NCBI GenBank assembly: GCA_963674695.2
Contig: CAXXGI010000003.1
Span: 544,001 to 608,000, forward strand
DNA: 64,000 nt
Origin: a bacterium
GTDB taxonomy: Bacteria; UBA10199; 2-02-FULL-44-16; JAAZCA01
Reading direction: 5' to 3'
In this document: in pieces, positions 21,704 through 31,765 of the stretch
How positions within the stretch are numbered: the first letter of the stretch is position 1
Layout of the letters: each line of letters starts with the position of its first letter
Translations under genes and position numbers: made by a program
The notes under the pieces: generated by a model
The model's input: only the letters and a program-made list of their open reading frames with translations
Database searches by the model: none
Told to the model about the DNA's origin: nothing

Positions 21704-21777
21704 TGGATCCCCGATTACCCCCTCCCGCCGGAGGCGGGCAAGCGGGGATGACAATCGAGGAGAACTCGGGGATGACA
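21704..21777. repeat. REP-like element with nested hairpin (copy 1)
   Basis: ctggatccccgattacccctcccgccggaggcgggcaagcggggatgac. Confidence 0.75.
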
Positions 21778-21825
21778 ATTCACGATCACTGTTGAGCGTC
21801 TCCGTAACAGCCGGATGGGCTTGCG

Positions 21826-22074
21826 TCAAGGGAGTGCATCCGGGCGCTGCTCTGCCGCCCTCTTTTCCTGCTCCTTGGCTTGCTCCAGCGCCTGGCGAAA
21901 ATGCGCCTGGCGCGTTTCGATTGCCTCTCGTTCCTCTTCGATCTCTTCCCAGATCTCTGCGCGCATCGCCTCCGAGGTGCGCATGCGCTCATAGCGCCGA
22001 TCACGGATGCGGGTGACCACGAGCAGGCCGATAGCGATCAAAAAGAGAATGGCGGATATGATGTACCAGGCCAT
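21826..22074 (-). CDS. Small single-pass membrane protein with a coiled coil
   Basis: MAWYIISAILFLIAIGLLVV TM segment followed by a charged helix. Confidence 0.65.
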   Translation of the reverse strand: MAWYIISAILFLIAIGLLVVTRIRDRRYERMRTSEAMRAEIWEEIEEEREAIETRQAHFRQALEQAKEQEKRAAEQRPDALP

Positions 22075-22084
22075 AAACAATCCT

Positions 22085-22135
22085 CTGGATCCCCGATTCA
22101 ATCCCTCCCGCCGGAGGCGGGCGAGCGGGGATGAC
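22085..22135. repeat. REP-like element with nested hairpin (copy 2)
   Basis: ctggatccccgattcaatccctcccgccggaggcgggcgagcggggatgac. Confidence 0.75.
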
Positions 22136-22147
22136 AAACAAAACGTC

Positions 22148-24751
22148 CTACGTCTCCACCGCTTCGAGGAGGTTGCGGCGCAGACCCTCGATGGCGTCTG
22201 CCGATTCCACCTTCGCCCCGTTGGCATCTCGAATATAGAAGACGTCGATCACGCGGTCAATATGTGTGGTGATGCGTGCACGGTCGATGGAAAAACCGCC
22301 CGCGTGGATGGCTTGGGCCATAGCATAGAGCAGCCCCAGACGATCGTCGGTTGAGATTTCCACGACGGTCTCCGTTGCGGAGACGTCGTTGTCGATGGCC
22401 ACCTTCGAGGGGCGATTGGTATTCGCCCAGGACAACAGACGCCGCTTGAAGCGCGTACCCACGATGCGCTCGATATCCATTTCACCGCCGATGACCGCCT
22501 GCAGTTCGGTGCGGATGCGTTGCCACCGTTCGGGGTCGACCAGCGGTTTGTGCAGCGGATCGGTGGCACGGAAGACGTCGACGGCCAGGCCATCCTCATT
22601 GGTGAACAGCTGTGCCTCGATGATATTCGCCCCATTGACGGTGAGCACGCCCGCGAGCATGGCAAAGAGTCCCGGTGCGTCGGCGGTGACGACCGTGAGT
22701 TCCGTGCAGCTGGCCTCGGGGAGATGCTCCCAGGTCGTGGCCACCTCACCGGGCGACTGGATCTGCTGCGCGAGCACCATATGTGCGGCAATGGTCTCCG
22801 GGCGTGTGGCGGCCAGATAGCGTTCCGGCAGCTTCGCGATGAAGGCGGTAACGTCCCGAGCATCGACATCGCGTCCAAGCCGTCGCTTCACCAGACGCAA
22901 ACGCTTGTCGCGGTCACGGGCAGTTCGCTCAGATCGGCTGCCAACGCCGGTCATGACCGCGTGGGTTGACTGGTAGAGGTCGGCCAAGAGCCCCCCCTTC
23001 CAGCTGCTCCAGATGTTTGGGCCCACCGCTCGAATATCGGCGACCGTGAGCAAGTAGAGCATGGCGAGGAGTTCCGGCGTTCGCATCGATTGCGAGAAAC
23101 GGGCGATCAGCTCCGGGTCGCGGATGTCGCGACGAAAGGCGAGTTTGGCCATGAGCAGGTGCGAGCGGACAAGAAAGACGACATCGCGTGTGTCTCGCTC
23201 GGAGAACCCAATTCGTGTGCAGATGTCCGCCGCAAGCTTTGCCCCCACGAGATGGTGTTTACCCTCGCGTCCTTTTCCCACATCGTGCAGGAGCGTGGCC
23301 AGCGCCAGGACGTGCTGCCGTTTGATGCGCCGGAGGGCGCAAAAAGGCACGGGCAGCTCTTTGCGTCCGATGGCGGCAAGTCGCGTGATCTCGCCGATCG
23401 CCTTGATCGAATGCACGCCTGCGGTGAAGAAGTGATAGCCGTCGTGCTGCACGCGGTAGAGCATGGGGGCCATCTCGGGAAACCAGCGCACAAGCGTTCC
23501 GCATTCGATCATGTCGGCGAGTGTCCGGTCGAGATGTTTGAGGTTTCCGAGAATGTCCTGCCAGATGGCGTGTGCCTCGGGCCGCTCGTCGTCGATCGAC
23601 CCGGTTCGCGCGGCTTCATGCACCAGTCGATCCTTCATGGCGGGGTCGAGCGCGAGCTCCGCACGTTTGGCGACCGCGAAGAGCCGAAGCTCGGTGAGCG
23701 GATCGTCGAGGGGTGTCCCTTCGTCGACCGCCAGGGTGCCATACTCGGTCTGCACCAGATGGCTTCCCATGCGGCGGCGTCCCCGAAGCCGTTTCCAGCG
23801 TGAAGAGGGGATGATCTCCCGTCGCAGTCGTTCGATGCCCCAGGCACAGATGCGGTGGACGGTCAGCGCATGTCGGTAATAGTCCGACATCAAGGCCTCG
23901 GTTGGACTGGCGGGCTCCACACCGCTGTAGCCCAGGCGCTGGGCGAGCTCTGCTTGGACGCCTTCCTCCAAACGATCGGCGCGCGTTCCCCGAATGAGAT
24001 GCAGCCCATGTCGAACGCGCCAGAGAAAACGCAGCGATGTGCTCAGTTCATCGCGTCCGCGCGCAGAGCGCAGCGCATGCGCGAGCACCTCGGATATCGT
24101 CGCGGGGTACTGCGTTGCGCCACCGATCCAGAGCAGGTCGTGATAATCGCGCAGCCCCCCCTCCCCCTCCTTGAGGTGCGGCTGCAGCAGGTAGATGGAA
24201 TCACCGAAGCGGGAGAAGCGTTGCTGCCGTTCATCGAGTTTGAGGGTGACATAGCGGCGGCGGTTTTTTTGATCGGAGAGATGGAGGTGCAAGAGCTTTT
24301 TCAAGCGCGAAAAGAGGGATTCATCGCCGAAGATCAGACGGGCCTCCATCATGGCGGTGAGCGCACGGACGTCCTCGCCGATGACCCGGCGACAGTCGGC
24401 GAGCGATCGGGTCGCTCCTCCCACCTCGATGCCGTTGTTCCAGAAGGGATAGAGCACGCCATCGGTGAACGCTTTGACCGCAGCATCGTCGGCTCCGTCA
24501 TGCAGGAAGAGCAGGTCGATATCGCAGTGCAGTCCCATCTCCTGCCGACCATAGCCGCCGAGTGCCAGGACGCAGAAACGCGGTTTCGTCTCGGACGATG
24601 CACAGAGGCCACGCACGATTTCATCGATGCGATCGCTACGCGCATGACAGAGTTCGATCGGATCGCCTTTTTGGGCAAACCCTTCCTCGAACGCGCTACG
24701 GTCGTGTTGCAATTGTTGGCGGACTGAGTCGGTCCGATCGCTGCTCGTCAT
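22148..24751 (-). CDS. glnD: [Protein-PII] uridylyltransferase
   Basis: ALGGYGR..DIDLL NTase motif, KEGEGGLRD, HD domain LLHDVGKG, C-terminal ACT domains (DVFY). Confidence 0.95.
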   Translation of the reverse strand: MTSSDRTDSVRQQLQHDRSAFEEGFAQKGDPIELCHARSDRIDEIVRGLCASSETKPRFCVLALGGYGRQEMGLHCDIDLLFLHDGADDAAVKAFTDGVLYPFWNNGIEVGGATRSLADCRRVIGEDVRALTAMMEARLIFGDESLFSRLKKLLHLHLSDQKNRRRYVTLKLDERQQRFSRFGDSIYLLQPHLKEGEGGLRDYHDLLWIGGATQYPATISEVLAHALRSARGRDELSTSLRFLWRVRHGLHLIRGTRADRLEEGVQAELAQRLGYSGVEPASPTEALMSDYYRHALTVHRICAWGIERLRREIIPSSRWKRLRGRRRMGSHLVQTEYGTLAVDEGTPLDDPLTELRLFAVAKRAELALDPAMKDRLVHEAARTGSIDDERPEAHAIWQDILGNLKHLDRTLADMIECGTLVRWFPEMAPMLYRVQHDGYHFFTAGVHSIKAIGEITRLAAIGRKELPVPFCALRRIKRQHVLALATLLHDVGKGREGKHHLVGAKLAADICTRIGFSERDTRDVVFLVRSHLLMAKLAFRRDIRDPELIARFSQSMRTPELLAMLYLLTVADIRAVGPNIWSSWKGGLLADLYQSTHAVMTGVGSRSERTARDRDKRLRLVKRRLGRDVDARDVTAFIAKLPERYLAATRPETIAAHMVLAQQIQSPGEVATTWEHLPEASCTELTVVTADAPGLFAMLAGVLTVNGANIIEAQLFTNEDGLAVDVFRATDPLHKPLVDPERWQRIRTELQAVIGGEMDIERIVGTRFKRRLLSWANTNRPSKVAIDNDVSATETVVEISTDDRLGLLYAMAQAIHAGGFSIDRARITTHIDRVIDVFYIRDANGAKVESADAIEGLRRNLLEAVET

Positions 24752-26523
24752 TAGAGGGAGGTGACGCGCGTGTCACGCGTTTTGAGGTATCGCCCCACGC
24801 CGTCGGCGACGGAGATCGCGACCGCTTCCTGGTAGGGCGTCGACTTGAGGCGCTTCTCTTCGCGCGGATTCGAGATGAATGCGGTCTCGACAAGGATGGC
24901 CGGACACTTGGCGCCGACGAGGACATAGAAGAGTGCTGAGCGAACGCCCCGGTCGCGCACCTTGGAATACCGTTTACCGACGCGTTTGACCATGCTGCGC
25001 TGCACATCGGTGGCCAGCGCGTTGGATTCGCCCGCGTCATGATTGAGCAACATCGTGGAGAGGATGTGCTCGACGGTGGAGAGGTTCTGTCCGGCGTTTC
25101 GATTTTCGCGTGCGGCGAGTTTGGCCGCGGCCTTATCGGTGGCGTTGTTGAGGTAATAGGTTTCGATGCCGACCTGATCGCGTTTGCGCGAGGCGTTGGC
25201 GTGTACCGAGATGAAGAGATTGGCTTTCTTCGACACGGCATAGGCGTTGCGTTGTTCCAGCGTGAGCGTTTTGTCGCGGCTGCGCGTGAGATAGACCTTG
25301 GCGCCGGTCTCTTTCTTGAGGCGTGTGGCGATCCGTTTGGAGATATCGAGGACGACGTCTTTCTCCTTCGTTCCGCTCGGACCGATCGCGCCCGGATCGT
25401 CTCCGCCGTGTCCCGGATCGATCACGATGCGCAGACGGTTCGGATCATTGCCAAAGAGCTTGCTCCAAAATGGCGTCTTCGCCGGCGGTGCCCTGGCTGC
25501 TTTTGGCTCGGTGCCGCGCGTGAAGCGCATGATGATCTGTTTCCCCTTCGGAACGATTTCATACGTCGTGCTCGGCTGCAGCATGATGAGCAGGCTTACG
25601 CCTGAACCGAGCAGCTGCTTCTTCATCTTGATGCGGTCGACGAACGTGGTGCCGACGGCAAGCTGTTTGCCCAGTGCTGATGAGGGCTTGGTATAGGCCA
25701 ATCGGAGATCGAGCTTCGGCTGCGATTGGGTGCGGGGCCCGACGCCGGTGAATTCGTAGGTATAGGTTGCCGGACGTGTGAGCGTGAGCGTGATGGTCGT
25801 GCCCGTATCGGACTCAGCGATGTCGATGGCGCTCAGCGTTGCCTCGCTGCCGCGGCCGGCCACCTGAATGTCGAAGGGGTTCTGTGTTGCGGCTTCGGCA
25901 TCCTCTGCAGTTGCTGCGGCAGGTTTTTCATCCACCTCGATGATGTCGCCGGCCGGCGGCGTCGTCGCCGTTGTTGCGGCAGCGTTCGTTGCTGCCGCCG
26001 TTGCGATGGCTGCCTTTTCGGCTTGGGGAACATCTCCCATCGTTTCGAGTGCAGCGCGCGCCTTGGGCGCCATGTCGCCCTGCGGATAGTGTTGGATCAG
26101 ATAGGTATAGGCCTTGCGCGCGCGGTCGTCTTCCTTCAGCGGGTCTTGGCGGAGCCGGGCGACGCGATAGAGGGAGTCATCGGCGAGCGAGTTCTTCGGA
26201 TAGCCGCGGATGACACCATTATACAGTTTGACCGCCGCCACGATGTCGCCGCGATCTTTGGTATGGGCATACAGCTCGCAGCGCAGACGCGCGGCGCTGT
26301 AGAGGGCCGACGGCGCCTTGGCGCTTTTCGGAAATTCGGTCGCGACCCCCTCGAATTTCGAGATGCACTCCTCCCAGGCTGCACGCTGAATGGAGGGCGC
26401 ACCCTTCACGCTCTGGTAGCAAGCGCGCGCTTCGTTGTAGGCGCTGCCCGCATCGGCCCGCGCTGCTGGGGCGAAGACGATGCTGGTGAGAAGGATGACC
26501 AGAAGAGCGAATGTTGTTTTCAT
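24751..26523 (-). CDS. N-acetylmuramoyl-L-alanine amidase with N-terminal TPR region
   Basis: Signal peptide, TPR-like helices, Amidase_3 motifs IDPGHGG, EK, SVHANA, LVETAFISN. Confidence 0.93.
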   Translation of the reverse strand: MKTTFALLVILLTSIVFAPAARADAGSAYNEARACYQSVKGAPSIQRAAWEECISKFEGVATEFPKSAKAPSALYSAARLRCELYAHTKDRGDIVAAVKLYNGVIRGYPKNSLADDSLYRVARLRQDPLKEDDRARKAYTYLIQHYPQGDMAPKARAALETMGDVPQAEKAAIATAAATNAAATTATTPPAGDIIEVDEKPAAATAEDAEAATQNPFDIQVAGRGSEATLSAIDIAESDTGTTITLTLTRPATYTYEFTGVGPRTQSQPKLDLRLAYTKPSSALGKQLAVGTTFVDRIKMKKQLLGSGVSLLIMLQPSTTYEIVPKGKQIIMRFTRGTEPKAARAPPAKTPFWSKLFGNDPNRLRIVIDPGHGGDDPGAIGPSGTKEKDVVLDISKRIATRLKKETGAKVYLTRSRDKTLTLEQRNAYAVSKKANLFISVHANASRKRDQVGIETYYLNNATDKAAAKLAARENRNAGQNLSTVEHILSTMLLNHDAGESNALATDVQRSMVKRVGKRYSKVRDRGVRSALFYVLVGAKCPAILVETAFISNPREEKRLKSTPYQEAVAISVADGVGRYLKTRDTRVTSL

Positions 26524-26607
26524 GGTTCGGGATAATACCATTGAAAATCGGGGGGTTCAAATAAAAAGCCCATCGTGCGCTTTGCGGGGGTAATGAACCC
26601 TGGGTTT

Positions 26608-26760
26608 GTCATCCTCGCGAATGCGGGGATCTCGACGGAAAGACCTCAATCGAGATTCCCGTTTTCACGGGAATGACAAACCCGGCTGTTGTCATCCTCG
26701 CGAATGCGGGGATCTCGCTTCAAGGACTACAGGCGAGATTCCCGTTTTCACGGGAATGAC
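26608..26760. repeat. Two tandem REP doublets
   Basis: gtcatcctcgcgaatgcggggatctc...gagattcccgttttcacgggaatgac twice. Confidence 0.85.
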
Positions 26761-26775
26761 AATCGCTTGTACGAG

Positions 26776-29400
26776 TCACGAGTTACGAGTCACGGTTTTC
26801 TTCAACTCCTGCAAGATGGTAAGGGCTTCCAGCGGTGTGGTGGTGTTGGGATCGATGTCGTGGAGGCGGGTGACGACCTCATGCGAGGGCGATTGCGTGA
26901 AGAGTTGAAATTGTGCGGGTTGCGCGGGCGCGGCGTGATCCGTCGCACGATGTCCGCCGATGCGTGGACTGCCGACCTCGTCGAACTCCCCCGCCTCGAG
27001 ATTGGTGAGCACCTCGGTGGCGCGACCGATGACGCCCTCGGGGAGCCCCGCGAGTTTGGCGACCTGGATGCCATAGCTGTGCGAGGTGGCTCCAGGGACG
27101 AGCCGGCGCAGGAAGACGACCTCGCCGTTCCACTCCTTCACCGCGATGTGCATGTTGCGCAGCCCGGTCTTTTGCAGGGCGAGCTCGGTGAGTTCGTGAT
27201 AGTGCGTGGCAAAGAGCGTGCGCGCCCGGACGCGGTCGTGCAGATCCTCGGCTACGGCCCAGGCGATGGCCAATCCGTCGAAGGTGGAGGTGCCTCGCCC
27301 GATCTCGTCGATGATGACGAGGCTTTTGGGCCCCGCTTCGCGCAGAATCGTGGCGGCCTCCGACATCTCCACCATAAAGGTCGACTGACCCTGGGCCAGC
27401 GCATCGGAAGCGCCCACGCGCGTGAAGATGCGGTCAGCCACGCCGATGCGCGCACTCGTTGCGGGGACGAATGAACCGATCTGCGCCATCAGGACGATGA
27501 GCGCGCTCTGTCGCATGACGGTCGATTTCCCCGCCATATTGGGGCCGGTGATGAGCAGCAGCCGGTTGTCGGTATCGTCGAGCAGCACATCGTTTGGCAC
27601 GAAGCGCACGCTGGGATCCATGCGTTCGACGATCGGGTGACGCCCTCCCTGGATATCGATCGCCGAACCGTCATCGACGGTCGGGCGACAATAGTCGTAT
27701 TCGGCGGCGATGCGCGCGAGCCCCGTCAGCGCATCGATGGCGGCGATCGCCTCAGCCGTGGCCTGGAGGCGCGGCGTCGCCTCAGCGATGCGCTCGCGCA
27801 GCGTGACGAAGAGGTCGTATTCGAGCGCGCGCGCCTTTTCCTGTGCGCCCAGGATCGTCTCTTCGCGTTCCTTGAGCTGCGGGGTGATATAGCGTTCCGC
27901 GTTCGCGAGCGTCTGTTTGCGGATGTAGTCGGCGGGGACCTTGTCGCGATGGGCGTTGGTCACCTCGAGGTAGTAGCCGAAGACCTTGTTATAGCGAATT
28001 TTCAGCGAGCTGATCCCGGTCCGTTTGCGCTCTGCCGCCTCGATCGAGGCGATGTAATCCTTTCCGTGATCGATGATGTGGCGCAGCTCATCGAGCCCTT
28101 CATCGATGCCGTTGCGGATGATTCCCCCTTCGCGGATGGTCAGCGGCGGCTCGTCGGCGATGGTCTGCGCGATGGCCTCGATCAGATCATCGGCGGGGTC
28201 GATGCATCCGGCATGCTGGGCGATGAGGCCGGCGCTATCGGCGAGCTGCTCGCGCACGAGGCGCGCGGCGGCGAGCGATTCCCGCAGGGCGAGCAGATCG
28301 CGCGCATTCGCGCTGCCCAGCGCCACGCGCGTGGTGATGCGCTCGAGGTCGTAGATCTCGCGCAGCGTCTCGGGCAGCGCGCGCAGCAGCCCCGGTTCGG
28401 AGAGGATCGAGGCAACCGCCTCCAGGCGTTCCTCGATCGCATCGACGTCGATGAGCGGATAGAGGATCCAGCGCTTGAGCAGACGCGATCCGAGCGCCGT
28501 GGTGGTTCGATCCAACGCGTGCAGGAGCGACCCCTCGCGCTCCCCCGCGGGCATGGTGCGGGTGAGTTCCAGGTTGCGCTTGGTCGCCTCGTCCAGGCGC
28601 ATGGCGTACGCGGCCCTGCCGCTCGAGATGGCGGTGATGTGCCGCAGGTTCCCCCGCTGCGTCTGCTGCAGATAGGAGAGCGTTCGCGCAGCGGCTTGTG
28701 CGGCGACGGGCATGCGTTCGATGAGTGCCGCCCCGCCGGTGAGCGCTTCGAGGGCATCGACGGCGGGTTCGCCATCATCGGTGCTGATGAGAACGTTCGG
28801 GAGTAGCCGCTGGATGCGCGCCATGAGCGATGGATGCTGCGCGCAGGCTTCGTTGACGAGGAGCTCACGCGGTTCGGCGCGGGCGAGCTCTTCGAGAAAT
28901 GCCTCGGGAGTATCGAAGGTATCGGCCTGAAAAAGCCCCGTGGAGATATCGGCGAGCGCCAGACCGAATTGCCCCTTCTCATCCAGGGCAATTCCCGCCA
29001 GGAAATTGTCGGCCGTGGCATCGAGACCAAGGCCATCGGCGACCACCCCCGGGGTGACCACCCGCGTGACCTCGCGTTTGACGACTCCTTTTGCCTGCCG
29101 CGGGTCCTCGACCTGATCGCAGATGGCGACCTTCTCCCCCTTTTCCAGCAGCTTGGCGATATAGGGTTCGATCGAATGATACGGAACGCCGCAGAGCGGG
29201 ATCGGGTTGGGGTCATTCTTGTTTCGAGAGGTTAAAGTGATTTCGAGATGTTTGGATGCAACTACAGCATCATCATAGAACATTTCATAGAAGTCACCGA
29301 GGCGAAAAAGGAGGATCGCATCCGGGTGCTGCGCCTTGATGCTCTGATACTGGCGCAACATCGGTGTGGGCGCATCATTATATGGTGGCTTCTTGGACAT
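26776..29400 (-). CDS. mutS: DNA mismatch repair protein MutS
   Basis: TPMLRQY, GDFYEMF, TGPNMAGKST, DEIGRGT, ATHYHEL, SYGIQVA. Confidence 0.98.
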   Translation of the reverse strand: MSKKPPYNDAPTPMLRQYQSIKAQHPDAILLFRLGDFYEMFYDDAVVASKHLEITLTSRNKNDPNPIPLCGVPYHSIEPYIAKLLEKGEKVAICDQVEDPRQAKGVVKREVTRVVTPGVVADGLGLDATADNFLAGIALDEKGQFGLALADISTGLFQADTFDTPEAFLEELARAEPRELLVNEACAQHPSLMARIQRLLPNVLISTDDGEPAVDALEALTGGAALIERMPVAAQAAARTLSYLQQTQRGNLRHITAISSGRAAYAMRLDEATKRNLELTRTMPAGEREGSLLHALDRTTTALGSRLLKRWILYPLIDVDAIEERLEAVASILSEPGLLRALPETLREIYDLERITTRVALGSANARDLLALRESLAAARLVREQLADSAGLIAQHAGCIDPADDLIEAIAQTIADEPPLTIREGGIIRNGIDEGLDELRHIIDHGKDYIASIEAAERKRTGISSLKIRYNKVFGYYLEVTNAHRDKVPADYIRKQTLANAERYITPQLKEREETILGAQEKARALEYDLFVTLRERIAEATPRLQATAEAIAAIDALTGLARIAAEYDYCRPTVDDGSAIDIQGGRHPIVERMDPSVRFVPNDVLLDDTDNRLLLITGPNMAGKSTVMRQSALIVLMAQIGSFVPATSARIGVADRIFTRVGASDALAQGQSTFMVEMSEAATILREAGPKSLVIIDEIGRGTSTFDGLAIAWAVAEDLHDRVRARTLFATHYHELTELALQKTGLRNMHIAVKEWNGEVVFLRRLVPGATSHSYGIQVAKLAGLPEGVIGRATEVLTNLEAGEFDEVGSPRIGGHRATDHAAPAQPAQFQLFTQSPSHEVVTRLHDIDPNTTTPLEALTILQELKKTVTRNS

Positions 29401-29460
29401 GGAGCCCTTCCATACAAGGGCCGCACCGCAGAATCAAGCGTAGAGCGCATGGTGATCGTT

Positions 29461-29529
29461 GTCATCCCCGTGAAAACGGGGATCTCGATGTTCCGTATAG
29501 AACGAGATTCCCGCGTTCGCGGGAATGAC
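29461..29529. repeat. REP-like palindrome doublet
   Basis: gtcatccccgtgaaaacggggatctc...gagattcccgcgttcgcgggaatgac. Confidence 0.85.
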
Positions 29530-29601
29530 AAAACAAGTCCTCCCCGGTAACAGGCGTTACCGAATATGTTGATATTGAAGGGGAAATCGGACAGCCGCCG
29601 G

Positions 29602-29629
29602 CAACTTTGACCTGTCGCCGAACCGATAA
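29602..29629 (+). promoter_or_regulatory. sigma28-like promoter motif CAAC-N17-CCGATAA
   Basis: caactttgacctgtcgccgaaccgataa, about 32 nt before ATG 29661. Confidence 0.7.
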
Positions 29630-29660
29630 TGTCTACGAGGGGCACGTTTTGGAGGCAACT

Positions 29661-30059
29661 ATGCTGGGACTTCTCGGATGTGGATTTTTGATTGCGGGAA
29701 TCATTTGTGGGGCCGTCGTTGGCGCGACCTCGATGGGCGTTCAGATCCAGGGAGCCATAGATCAAAAGAAAGCGGCTCAGGATAATCTGGAACTTCAGCA
29801 GCAACAGGCGCAGAAGGCGGAGAACAAAGAGGACAAGTTCAACGAATATCAAGAACGCGTGGCCTCGAAGGAGACGCTCACAGCGACGATGAAGGCCAAC
29901 GCGATGATCGGGCGCATCGAGAAACAGACCGACGATGCGCGCAACGGCACGCTGAGCAATCGGCGCAAGGCGAGGAAAGAGGGGCATGGACTCGGCCACC
30001 GGCGCGTGCACACCCCTCGCCCAAGTTATGCCAATCATGGCAAACCGGCACAGGCATGA
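29661..30059 (+). CDS. Cassette protein A1: N-terminal hydrophobic segment, coiled coil, basic tail (132 aa)
   Basis: GGAGG RBS; paralog of 31349-31747 with the same length. Confidence 0.85.
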   Translation: MLGLLGCGFLIAGIICGAVVGATSMGVQIQGAIDQKKAAQDNLELQQQQAQKAENKEDKFNEYQERVASKETLTATMKANAMIGRIEKQTDDARNGTLSNRRKARKEGHGLGHRRVHTPRPSYANHGKPAQA

Positions 30060-30078
30060 TGAAGCGGAAGGAGATCCG

Positions 30079-30678
30079 ATGATCAGCGCGGGATTCATCA
30101 ATCAAAATACGGGACAGCGAACGAATCAGCAGCAGAGCAATCCCTACATGCAGGGCGGCGGCATGGCTCCCCCGCAGGCGGTCGGGCCGAGCTTTCAGCC
30201 GACCTTCGGGCCACAGTGGACCGCCCCCTCCTCTGCGCCGGGGATCAATTTCAAGGCGGAGCTGAGTGAAGCGGATGCCGCCGAGGCGATGCGCTGGGGA
30301 TTCGGGACGCAGATGGCGGGCATGGCGGTGAACACCATCATGCAGGGGTTCAACTACGGTCTCGCCGCCAAGTCGATGGAGTATCAGGCCTCGATCGCAA
30401 ACAAATACTACGACACACAGGAGACGATCGCCGGGTATCAGAAGGAGGTGGCGATCGAGCAGCTCAGCGTCCAGAAGGAAGGCATGGGGATCCAGCAGGA
30501 GATGCATGCCGCACAGATCGAACACGAGAAGGGAATGGCGCGGCTCGAAGGCAACACGCAGGCGCGGCTGAAGATGATCGAAGACCGCGGCAAGACGAAC
30601 CGGGCGAAGATCCTCACGGTGTCGAACGCCTTCGATCGCCGTGGCTGGAGCAACTACGGCATGCCGCACGCGGCATGA
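30079..30678 (+). CDS. Cassette protein B1: Q/P-rich N terminus, hydrophobic helix, coiled coil (199 aa)
   Basis: AAGGAG RBS; paralog of 31766-32365. Confidence 0.85.
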   Translation: MISAGFINQNTGQRTNQQQSNPYMQGGGMAPPQAVGPSFQPTFGPQWTAPSSAPGINFKAELSEADAAEAMRWGFGTQMAGMAVNTIMQGFNYGLAAKSMEYQASIANKYYDTQETIAGYQKEVAIEQLSVQKEGMGIQQEMHAAQIEHEKGMARLEGNTQARLKMIEDRGKTNRAKILTVSNAFDRRGWSNYGMPHAA

Positions 30679-30691
30679 AGGAGCGGAACCT

Positions 30692-31195
30692 ATGAATGAG
30701 ATGATAGCGAATGATCCTCATGCAGAAATTATGTGGCAAGAGTTTGATATCATCGAACAAAATAGTGCCTCCGGAATGGGCGGCGCTTCAGCCGGGATGT
30801 TTGCCTTCGGCGCTACGGTGGCGGCCTTCCAGACCATCGGCGCGGGCGTGGCGTATCACTTTCAGAGCGAGACGCTCGACATCCAGCGCGATACCAAGAT
30901 CGCGGCATACGATCATCAGGAGCGGATGGGCGAGAAGCAGAAGAATATGCAGCTGACCACGCTCAAGGAACAGAAGAAACAGCAACAGAATGCCAAGGTG
31001 GCCAATCAGAAGTATCTGGACGCGCAGCAGAAGCTGGCGCGGGCCAAGGGCGAAAAGACGATCTCCGAGGCCGACCTCAAGGAGGCCAGGCTGACGATGA
31101 AGGCGGGCAAGACCGATGGTCGCGCCCTGGACAAACTCTTCGATCGACGTGGAAACTACCGGTATGGCAACCCCATTGCGCACGGAACCGGTTGA
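30692..31195 (+). CDS. Cassette protein C1: Gly/Ala hydrophobic helix, Q/K coiled coil (167 aa)
   Basis: AAGGAG RBS; paralog of 32382-33005. Confidence 0.85.
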   Translation: MNEMIANDPHAEIMWQEFDIIEQNSASGMGGASAGMFAFGATVAAFQTIGAGVAYHFQSETLDIQRDTKIAAYDHQERMGEKQKNMQLTTLKEQKKQQQNAKVANQKYLDAQQKLARAKGEKTISEADLKEARLTMKAGKTDGRALDKLFDRRGNYRYGNPIAHGTG

Positions 31196-31289
31196 AATGT
31201 AATGTGATTTACTTCAGGCCTCCTCTTTGTGGTGACAGTCCTTTCTTGCAATAAAATGGACTTTAAGCACCATTTCACGCAAATCCACG

Positions 31290-31317
31290 CAACTTCCGAC
31301 TCTCATCCAACCGATAA
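31290..31317 (+). promoter_or_regulatory. sigma28-like promoter motif CAAC-N17-CCGATAA
   Basis: caacttccgactctcatccaaccgataa, about 32 nt before ATG 31349. Confidence 0.7.
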
Positions 31318-31348
31318 TGTCAACGAGGGGTAGAACCACGGAGGCGTT

Positions 31349-31747
31349 ATGCTCGGACTGTTGGGATGCGGATTTTTGATTGCGGGGGTTGTCTGCGGTG
31401 TCGTCTTGGGCGGTGTCAATGCGGCCATGCAGGCCAATGCCGCTGCCGATGCCAAGGATATGGCCAAAAAAGAACAGGCGCTCACCAAAGAGCGCATGAC
31501 CAACGCCGAGAATAAAGAGGACAAGTTCAACGAATACAAGGAACGCATGGCCTCGAAGGAGACGCTCCAGACGACGATGAAGGCGAATGCCCTGATCGGA
31601 CGCGTGGAGAAACAGGCCGAGGATGCGCGCAACGATACGCTGAGCAATCGGCGCAAGGCCTTGAAAGAGGGACATGGGCTGGGCCAGCGGCGCGTACAGA
31701 CCTCACGTCCGAGCTATGCCAACAACGGTCGGCCGGCACAGGCATAA
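31349..31747 (+). CDS. Cassette protein A2 (132 aa)
   Basis: Paralog of A1; GGAGG RBS. Confidence 0.85.
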   Translation: MLGLLGCGFLIAGVVCGVVLGGVNAAMQANAAADAKDMAKKEQALTKERMTNAENKEDKFNEYKERMASKETLQTTMKANALIGRVEKQAEDARNDTLSNRRKALKEGHGLGQRRVQTSRPSYANNGRPAQA

Positions 31748-31765
31748 TTTCCGAAGGGAGCTTTT

